A stretch of DNA of 64,000 nucleotides from Octopus sinensis (lineage: Eukaryota): NCBI RefSeq assembly GCF_006345805.1, contig NC_043011.1:18736464-18800463 (forward strand). The letters are read 5' to 3'. Made by a program: the position numbers and the translations under genes. Numbering within the stretch: position 1 is the stretch's first letter; the number at the start of each line of letters is the position of its first letter. The notes under the pieces were generated by a model. The model ran no database searches and was not told the DNA's origin. It saw only the letters and a program-made list of their open reading frames with translations. Of this stretch, positions 55,141 through 64,000 are shown one piece after another.

Positions 55141-55243
55141 TACTTAAATTTACCGTGAAATGGTCCTTTTTACCTGCCGAATTCTACTTGGTGAAATTAT
55201 TGATTACTTCTTAATTAATTAATTTTACTCTTTGCTATTATTG

Positions 55244-55291
<48 letters not shown>

Positions 55292-55925
55292 CGTATGCAT
55301 GTGTGTGTTAATAATAATATAGCAGCAAAAGAATATTATGCAAATAGAAGAATTTATTTATAAATATAATATGTGACAATTGGTTGTCATAATATTATGA
55401 CAACCGACTAATTATCACATATTATATTTATAGATATATATATATATATATACAATATATGATTTGAGTGTTTCTAAGTAAAGAAATATCTGCTTATTCA
55501 AAGAAAATCACTCACTTGCAGACACAAACAAATATGCGATAACACAAAATATATTTTTAGTAATTACTTGTAGGTACTCGGTTTTACGTTGTGGAATATA
55601 CTATAAATTACATTAAACGTTCTTACAAATGAACACTGGGTTCTACTGCGTTATATCTACTAATATTCCATAGTAATTATAGCCAAGTACTGCCTATAGT
55701 TTCCATAGTATATCGGTAGATTTAACCTTAACAATTTAGGTAAAATGCACTGCTAACGCAGTAAAACGTGATATTGACTGATAATAAACATGTAATATAG
55801 TTTATAGAATATTATGGTTGCATAACGAAATACCGCGTAACTACAAGGCATTAGTATTTATGTACCAGCTTCTAGGAGTGCATTTAATATGTAAATTTGG
55901 TGAATCCAATAACATTACACTGCTG

Positions 55926-56340
55926 GGATCTTTTCGGTTTGAACGGCAGTTTTTAACACAATTTCGAGGTAACTAAACAATTTTAAATTTCGTATACTGG
56001 TAGAATGTGTTTATAAAAGATATTTTTTCTCTTGGCTTTATTGAGAAAATTCTATAGTTCGTAAGATATTTGTTGTTTTTTTTTCTTCGATTTCTGAAAT
56101 TTCAACCAATCAATGACGTCCATTGAGGTAAAAAAAACATTCTGTACCGTATGAATATGTCCCTCGTTAAAGAATGAGATTGGGTTTATTTACATTTGTG
56201 AAGAAAAAAAGATACCCTTCCCCCCACCCCTAACCCTAAATTATATTGAAATGCAATAGATCGATACTAGGGTCATAATTATAGGTGACAATTTCATATG
56301 ACACCGCTAGAAAAATCTGCCGTTCAAACCGAAAAGATCC
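55926..56340. mobile_element. MITE with GG-initiated TIRs and 8-bp TSD (Merlin-like), copy 2
   Basis: TIR ggatcttttcggtttgaacggcag / ctgccgttcaaaccgaaaagatcc. TSD cactgctg at 55918-55925 and 56341-56348. Interior is homologous to 31546-31977. Confidence 0.93.
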
Positions 56341-56576
56341 CACTGCTGTATATAGTAGCTATTTAAGCAATGCTTCCGATGGTGATTAAAAGGTTAGACG
56401 GGTACCGATAAATGTGAAACAACCCACAAAATGTGATAATATAACCCATTACCCCATTTTTCATCTTCTATCTCATTGTTTGTTTACATCTGACGTCTGG
56501 AATTCGAAAAGGCGTAACAAATCTGTGTTCACTATAATCTCCATAGAATATCTGTAGAGATAACCTTACGAAGAAA

Positions 56577-56808
56577 GAGGCGGCGAGCTGGCAGAAACGT
56601 TAGCGCGCCGGGCTAAATGCTTAGCGGTATTTCGTCTGCCGTTACGTTCTGAGTTCAAATTCCGCCGAGGTCGACCTTGCCTTTCATCCTCTCGGGGTCG
56701 AGAGATAAAGTACAATTTCGCACTGGGTTGATGTAATCGACTTAACCCCTTTGTATGTCCTTGTTTGTTCCTTCTATGTTTAGCCCCTTGTGGGTAGTAA
56801 AAAATATA
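56577..56808 (+). mobile_element. tRNA-derived SINE, best-preserved copy of the most abundant family in the window
   Basis: ggcggcgagctggcagaaacgttagcgcgccggg...gagttcaaattccgccgaggtcgaccttgcctttcatcctctcggggtcg...gggtagtaaaaaata. A- and B-box-like motifs are present. Confidence 0.93.
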
Positions 56809-57068
56809 TAGTTTACCTATTATATCATTCAGTAATCTAATTAGAATATATTTATACCTGTTAGGATAATTGATATAAAGAACTCTTGATATAGTAATAT
56901 GCCAGGCGTTTTAAGATATATTGGCTATTGAACTGAGCTTGATATCTACATACGTTGTATTAAATTTGTTACTTATAGTTATTACTTGTATGGAGTGCAA
57001 TCAGATTCATATTGGAAGTAACATTAATTGAGTTACATCCAGGTAGATTACAATTTGTTACAACCCTA

Positions 57069-57140
57069 TCATTTTCGCTTATAAGTATCATTTCGCTTAT
57101 AAGTATCATATCGCTTATAAGTGTCATTTTCGCTTATAAT
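57069..57140. repeat. Four-copy 18/19-bp minisatellite (tcatt(t)tcgcttataagta)
   Basis: Seen directly. Confidence 0.9.
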
Positions 57141-57474
57141 TAATGTTTCAAAAGTTGTCTATTTAGTTTCTGACTGTGCACTTCCTCTTATATTATAAAA
57201 AAAATTATCAGAATATAATAAATGCAAGATAACAATACAACTTTGTTCAAGGAAGCTTCTATTTCTCGTATTTTTATATTCATTTTCCTGGTTACTATTA
57301 CTACTTGGGAGGTTGGTTTAAACTGAATAATTGAACTGGAGAGACACAAGTATCTCTGTCCAATTAAAACTAATACTGAAGTTTACCACACCTTATATTC
57401 CTGTTCATAATTCCAGGTGTGTATACAAAATACGAAGTGCAGATCTAAGTGAATGTATCTTAGACATCATAGAA

Positions 57475-57475
<1 letters not shown>

Positions 57476-57548
<73 letters not shown>

Positions 57549-57550
57549 CA
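57476..57550. repeat. (ATT)n microsatellite
   Basis: Seen directly. Confidence 0.95.
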
Positions 57551-57689
57551 TTATTTATATAATTGCTACTTTGTTATATACGGTCTATTCCCAATCTCAT
57601 TCAGAGACCTCGAGTAGCATCAAGTAGTTGGACATTTTAATATGGATATATTGCAAGGAAAGGAAACAGGAATCTAAAAACTAATTAGT

Positions 57690-58290
57690 TATATTTCAGT
57701 TTTGAAAAGGTTGAAAGAGAATCAGCAATTTCCATATTGACAATTTTTCTTGTAAAAATTCTCGCCAGTATTTCTTCTGTTTATATGGCTCTGGGTCAAA
57801 GGCTTTCTTGTATTATTGGTTGCAATACAGGTACGTTCAATTTTCCATTGTGGCAAGAAATGTTAAATACATTTCTAAACCTAAGGGCACCACAGTATTC
57901 ACATATAATGTTAAGTTCTGTTAAATTGTTCAGTTTTCACTAACAATAGCTCTATTCAGCATTGGCCTTTGTCTTCTCACAGGCTGTCGCTGCATCAGAT
58001 GCCTCCTTAAATTTTCAGTTTCGCCAGCATTCATATTTAGAACTCTTTCCCTATATCTTACCCTTTGGTTTTGCTGATAAATAACCCTGTCATGTTGATT
58101 CATGTTCTCTTTGCTGAAATAAGTTTCGTGGTATTGTGCACGCTGTTCCTTATTAATATTTTCTCGTCTTATTTGTTGTCCCCTCCTATATTGCAGCAGG
58201 TGTTCATCGCGTTGTTCACCCTCCATTGACGCTTGTCTCAGCTACTGCTTTTGCCTGTGTCTCTCTAGGTTTTCCTGCCGCTTCTCTTCC
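57690..58290 (-). mobile_element. Helitron Rep/Hel N-terminal fragment (pseudogenised)
   Basis: Charged R/Q/E repeats (ORF 57930-58226), then in another frame ELNIICEYCGALRFRNVFNISCHNGKLNVPVLQP, the CxxCxA.RF...CCxxGK motif, then ENFY.KNCQY...FSF. Confidence 0.8.
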
Positions 58291-58951
58291 CTTACCTTCT
58301 GCCTCTAGAACCTAATTCACGCGCGAACCTGTTCACGATGTATGCAGTTTATAAGCAGAAAAGAAACACAAGATAATATGTATACAAAACACGAAGAAAA
58401 CATTAATAGAAATAGATTCTAATAGACATTACGGATCTTTTATGTTTCCCAAATTCAGCCCCCTTTAATTTTGCTCATATTCCTTTCGGTCTTGGTGTTT
58501 CGATGCAGTTCTGAATTTTGATTATTATCAGGTAATTACGTCATCACGTAGATTTAGAATCTGGTCTTGTCTCGAATTAAAGTTCGAAAATTTGGGTCAT
58601 TTTTGCCCATCAACAGACAGCAAGGAATTAACAGCTTGTTACCATGAGAACACGACGTTGTTTCTGGACACGCGCACCCGCGCAATTTAGTGAGACGCGT
58701 GATAAAAAAACGCTCCACATTTTGAGTAGCATTTTATTTCAAATTCAAAGGTTATTTTATTTATTTTATTTTATTAGATAGATATATTCATCCGAAGCAG
58801 GTTACGTTTGAATAACATTTGATTTCAATTTCAAAATTTGCTTCATAGATATATAGATAAAAAATCCCAACCCAGATTTATAGTTTGCACATATCTATAC
58901 ACGTATGTATATATATGTGTTTCTATCTATCTATCTATCTATCTATATATC

Positions 58952-58982
<31 letters not shown>

Positions 58983-59003
58983 CTATCTATCTCTCTCTCT
59001 CTG

Positions 59004-59043
<40 letters not shown>

Positions 59044-59119
59044 TATATATCTATAAACACACACAGTAACTGTATTAATAAGATGAGATAGGAGTCGTAA
59101 TGTGTAACAGACTTTATTC

Positions 59120-59156
<37 letters not shown>

Positions 59157-59160
<4 letters not shown>

Positions 59161-59781
59161 GCCCACGAATGATATCTACTTCATCTATTCCTCTCTTTGT
59201 CTTTTCATGAACATTGGTCAAACAGGGCGCCGTTGGCTAACCCTTTCACTCAGCACCTCCGAGACATTAGACTTGGCAAAAACGCCGATATTTTACACAT
59301 CCGGTCCACAAATCTTTCTCCCTTCATAACTTTGTGGTTTATGGCCTTAAAACACCACCTTCCTTCTTCTAGCATCAACCCAACGCATATTCTCGTGCAC
59401 CTGCACTTTTAAATGCCCCTCCCTTCAACCTCTACACTAATACAACACCTAACGCAATACACCATTGTACTACACACACCATTGTACAACCCCCATACAT
59501 ACTATTGAACTCGGTTCACACACCACACACCAGTACGCACACGTCCAAACATGCACAACAACCTTAACTTTCTACATACAGTAGCCCCCAAACATCCTAG
59601 AACCCACACCTCACACATCGTTATGCACACACCTCCACACACATTCAAGAACCTTCCCCAATCACACCACTATACGAACATCCACTTTCTGTGATCTAGT
59701 TATATGTTTTATATGTTTTATCTTTTCTTTATGATTTGGTTCATATCTATCATTGTTTGAACTACATAAGAGTGGTATTCC

Positions 59782-59826
<45 letters not shown>

Positions 59827-60465
59827 TATATATGCACGCCCACGAATGATATCTACTTCATCTATTCCTCTCTTTGTCTTTTCATGAACATTGGTCAAAC
59901 AGGGCGCCGTTGGCTAACCCTTTCACTCAGCACCTCCGAGACATTAGACTTGGCAAAAACGCCGATATTTTACACATCCGGTCCACAAATCTTTCTCCCT
60001 TCATAACTTTGTGGTTTATGGCCTTAAAACACCACCTTCCTTCTTCTAGCATCAACCCAACGCATATTCTCGTGCACCTGCACTTTTAAATGCCCCTCCC
60101 TTCAACCTCTACACTAATACAACACCTAACGCAATACACCATTGTACTACACACACCATTGTACAACCCCCATACATACTATTGAACTCGGTTCACACAC
60201 CACACACCAGTACGCACACGTCCAAACATGCACAACAACCTTAACTTTCTACATACAGTAGCCCCCAAACATCCTAGAACCCACACCTCACACATCGTTA
60301 TGCACACACCTCCACACACATTCAAGAACCTTCCCCAATCACACCACTATACGAACATCCACTTTCTGTGATCTAGTTATATGTTTTATATGTTTTATCT
60401 TTTCTTTATGATTTGGTTCATATCTATCATTGTTTGAACTACATAAGAGTGGTATTCCTCTATTT
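59157..60465 (+). repeat. Tandem duplication, period 677 bp, of a decayed PLE GIY-YIG/3' fragment, bounded by (TA)n
   Basis: Units 59157-59788 and 59834-60465 read identically. They contain IGQTGRR/LANPFTQHLRDIRLG, a GIY-YIG remnant like 35600-35670. Confidence 0.95.
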
Positions 60466-60512
60466 ATATATATTATATATATATATATATATAATATATA
60501 TATATATATATA

Positions 60513-60690
60513 GGGAGAATTCACGCCCAAAAATATAAGACGAAAGCAGGTGGTGTAGAAAACAAACAGATTTATTAGTATAACGCTCAGGAATTGAAAA
60601 AGTCTTTTACGTTTCGAGCCTACGCTCTTCCACAGAAAGGAACACAGAAAAAAACAAGGAGAGACAAAAATGTGTGTAGTGGATACCGAT
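60513..60690 (-). mobile_element. PLE-type 3' terminus fragment abutting (TA)n
   Basis: Homologous to 1478-1655 and loosely to the decayed end at 36260-36340 that follows a GIY-YIG. Contains a hammerhead fold. Confidence 0.75.
60604..60639 (-). ncRNA. Minimal hammerhead ribozyme variant (CUGUGGA core)
   Basis: CUUU CUGUGGA A GAGC GUAG GCUC GAA ACGU A AAAG: stem I 4 bp, stem II 4 bp, palindromic stem III. Confidence 0.7.
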
Positions 60691-61674
60691 CTATCATGGC
60701 GACTCACATATACATATATATGTATGTATATATGTTTATGTATGTATATATATATATGTATGTATGTTAGAACAAGAGGTGATTTGTCGTTACCCATGTA
60801 GAGGTTGAGGGAAGCCAGTACAGAGACAATCGGACACCGAATCAGAAGGCAGGTCAATATCCGAATAATAATCCAATATATGAAGCCAGATAACGTATTT
60901 ATAAATAAAGCAAAAAAGAAAGTCGAATAAAACAATTATCATAGACTATACTGAAATTTATTGGCTTGTAGTTTTATAAATCAGCTTAATCATCCAATAG
61001 AGTTTGATGGACTTTTAATCGAATTGCTAATGGGAGTAAATAGATATAGGCTCCAAATGCAAATAGTAGTAATCATCATGAAATGTATTAACTTCTCTCT
61101 GTGGATTCTATTGATAATAGCTGCAAAAATATGAAATGGGTTAAGTGCAAATTTTGAATATTCTGTTAGATAGGATGAAATAGCTTTAGATTTCAATTGC
61201 TATTAATATTATTAGCACTATTATTTTTACTGAATTTAAAGAAATATTGTTTGAATATATTTAAATTCATCTGTCTCAATAAATGTAGTTCTTGAAGAGG
61301 TTAAATATTTTCTGCCCATACCGAAAATGAATTTCAGTGTCAAGATTACTACATTATTATAACTGTCTCACTAATGATTAAGTACGTAACCTAGCGAAAT
61401 CCATGATAGAAAAGCAATCCATTTTCAACGTCAACACTATTTTCGATGCGAACAGGTACTCTGGTCAAATCAGTAGAGATAAATTAAAAATGAAAAACCG
61501 TAAATCACACCAATCATTTGCATTTATGCATGCCTTCTCTGATCCTATCATTGCGTTTTATTGGTGGTGTGTATATATTTCATGATACAAACATATATAC
61601 AGAATCATAAACACGCATTACAGGCCTGCCCATCTAGTTACTGAAACATATATATAATAAATATCATAAATATT

Positions 61675-61751
<77 letters not shown>

Positions 61752-62169
61752 CTGTGTGTGTGAGTGAATGTATGTATGTATGTATGTAATTAGTTAATAG
61801 CGTGGGATTATCAATCCGGGCAAACGGTACATAAGATTTATGTTCCTACACCTGACTATCAATATTATTTAGATGAGTGTAGAACTCCAAGTATTCTTAC
61901 GGCAGGGTCAAAAGATATGTTTCATCATAATCCTATATTGTAAATCCGTCGATAGGCTCCACATAAACTGGGCTTTTTTCATAGATTGATATATAAAATA
62001 AGGTTTAATAATGGTGATTACATATGCTTCCTTTCTTGGATTAAATTTGGCTTCCGTTTCCAGTAGTCATTATATGTACATTATTGAGAGATTAAGTCGA
62101 CCGGTTCTTGATCAATTAAGAAACATTGAACAAGCGAAAAAATTAATGGTACTTTCGTCAGAGCTATTA

Positions 62170-62746
62170 CTAGTTCAAGTTTGATCATTTCCACTCAGTA
62201 ATGTCCCTATAATTAATACGAGAAACAGCTCTAAGCCAAATATACTCCAATAAAAGAAAAATATTTAATGACCATTTATTTATGCAAAAACAACTATTCT
62301 TCAAAATAAAGACTATTGTTTTCCACGACCTTCTGCCAACGTTCGGCAAGCTTTCGAATTTTGTCAAAGTACCAATCCTTCGGTTTTGAATCGAAAACTT
62401 CTTGACAGGCTTCTTCAAAATCATCGAGTGACTCAAGTCGGCTACCTTTCATAAAGTGCTGCATTGGCCAGAAGAGACCGGAGTCAGATGGAGCAACGTC
62501 TGGATTATATGATGGATGCGGCAGAAGTTGCACACCGTCCAATTCTTTAATCTTGTTGGTGGTCTTCCAGATGGTATACGGCTTTACATTGTCTTGCTGA
62601 AACAAAGCGTGTTTTCGACGAACAAGTCTTGGGCACCTTGCAACCAGTCCATTGTAGACTCGATGAAGGTCCTTGCAGTAAAGTTCAGCGTTGATGGCGC
62701 CACCATTCGGCACAAGTTCGGCGCACGAACATTTTCTTCAACCTAG
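62170..62746 (-). mobile_element. mariner-family transposon, internally deleted; catalytic C-terminus open (62294-62713)
   Basis: LFQQDNVKPY...LLPHPSYNPDVAPSDSGLF...IRKLAERWQKVVENNSLYFEE*. 5' TIR ctaggttgaagaaaatgttcgtgcg after TA at 62747-62748. A degenerate 3' TIR probably lies near 62170. Confidence 0.92.
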
Positions 62747-63424
62747 TATATATGTATAATGCGTTGGATGACGGGAATGCTATGTACTATGTGAAGATGA
62801 TGTACGAGGCATTAATAATGCTTTCAATCCATGTCTTATATCGTGTTTATCTTCTGCTGTTGACATAGAATATTCTCATACTTTATAATCCCATTAAGTG
62901 ACTATATGCACTTAAGGGGATTTTCAATTTTGACATTTTTAGATAACTTTCACTTATCAATTCAGGAATAATGTTTATTGTTTTTATTTTTATTTACTTA
63001 GTTATTTACCTATGTATTTTCATATATGTTGATGGATAGTGCAACACATTTCTAATCTTCAACACATTCCTGAAATGTATTTCATCGTCTCTATATTGTT
63101 TTCATACTTACCCATGGTAACATAAAAGATAGTGAGTAAAATTATTTTCTAAATATCATATAAGAGTGAAATATCTTTTAAAAAACGCTTTGCATTTCAG
63201 CAATTTTAAGTTTTACAGCTAACCTGGATATTTGCATTTGTTAGTGTAGACAATCGAGTTATTAGTCAAATTTTTTTCATTGATTTCAAGGATGCTGTCC
63301 AATTCATTTTGATATGAACAAAAGTTATTCAAATACGTGTTTGTAATTTTTCATATAATTTTAAATATTTCTAATTAGGAATTTATCATGCTATGTACAG
63401 TTAATAAAACCAAGATATTCTTAA

Positions 63425-63607
63425 TAGAGTTCTATATTTAAGAGATGCGGGATGCGGAATTATGTACAATATTTACGTTTGAGGGATATTTGTCCTCATC
63501 TTCTTTGTTGTAAACACAACATTTCGGCTGAAGTACCCTCTAGCCTTCATCAGGTGTCTTGGTGAATTTTCGAACCTGGGTTCCCATTCCTAAGGTATTT
63601 TTCAATG
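63425..63607 (-). mobile_element. PLE-type pseudo-LTR fragment containing a hammerhead
   Basis: Contains the ribozyme below. PLE assignment rests on the known link between minimal hammerheads and PLE termini. Confidence 0.65.
63513..63558 (-). ncRNA. Minimal type I hammerhead ribozyme, canonical CUGAUGA core
   Basis: GACAC CUGAUGA A GGCU AGAGGGUACUUC AGCC GAA AUGU U GUGUU: stem I 5 bp, stem II 4 bp, near-palindromic stem III. Confidence 0.85.
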
Positions 63608-63663
63608 TTATTATTATTATTACGATTAGTATCATTGTCGTTGAAATTATTATTATTATTATT

Positions 63664-63774
63664 CTATGTTTGACTTTTGCTTTATATTTGTACAAGTTGG
63701 CTCCAAGTCTCACCCAGAGACCTCAAGAGACAACAGGGTTGGAAGTTCATGTTGTTGTTATGCCTAGTGTGCCA

Positions 63775-63775
<1 letters not shown>
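63664..63775 (-). mobile_element. Short LINE-like 3' end embedded in (TAA)n
   Basis: Non-repetitive 112-bp block with ATT tracts on both sides and a TAA tail on the minus strand. Family assignment is inference. Confidence 0.5.
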
Positions 63776-63834
<59 letters not shown>

Positions 63835-63835
<1 letters not shown>

Positions 63836-63905
63836 CAAGTCACTAACTGGAATCGAACTCAGAACATTGGGGTTAGTAGCCTGTACTCTTAACCACTACA
63901 CTGTA
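63835..63905 (-). mobile_element. tRNA-like SINE head followed directly by (TAA)n
   Basis: Minus strand: gtgtagtggttaagagtacaggctactaaccccaatgttctgagttcgattccag, with A-box (tagtggttaa) and B-box (gttcgattcc). The acceptor stem does not close. Confidence 0.75.
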
Positions 63906-64000
63906 TGCCTTCGGACATACGGCGTAGTATTTGGGAGCTATAAGTACTTGGGGCTTTTGGAAATGGACTAATTGATGGAGAACGAAATGACTGAGAAATT

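Overview
AT-rich eukaryotic DNA dense in microsatellites. The SINE repertoire and the (TA)n/(CA)n/(AAT)n load suggest a cephalopod, probably Octopus (inference). It looks intronic or intergenic: I found no complete protein-coding gene, CRISPR array, rRNA or true tRNA, and most ORFs in the supplied track are translations of microsatellites. Recognisable content is decayed mobile DNA: (1) Penelope-like element (PLE) fragments (RT at 38.3-39.1 kb; GIY-YIG at 35.4-35.9, 48.5-49.1 and 59.2-60.1 kb) plus PLE-type termini; (2) R4/Dong-like RLE non-LTR fragments, including a nested copy with a 5' inversion at 17.9-20.4 kb; (3) an RTE LINE fragment; (4) a DD37D (maT) transposon and a mariner with D35D spacing; (5) two MITEs with 8-bp TSDs; (6) Helitron pieces; (7) many tRNA-derived SINEs. 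There are also two tandem duplications bounded by (TA)n, several inverted repeats, and a few candidate plus-strand exons near 2-5.4 kb. The most interesting signal is a set of minimal type I hammerhead ribozymes and hammerhead-like folds in different termini. Their catalytic-core strands range from canonical (CUGAUGA) through CCGAAGA, CUGAUAA and CUGUGGA to a fold that keeps the hammerhead scaffold but has GUGGACAG instead. All translations and pairings were done by eye; none were database-checked.
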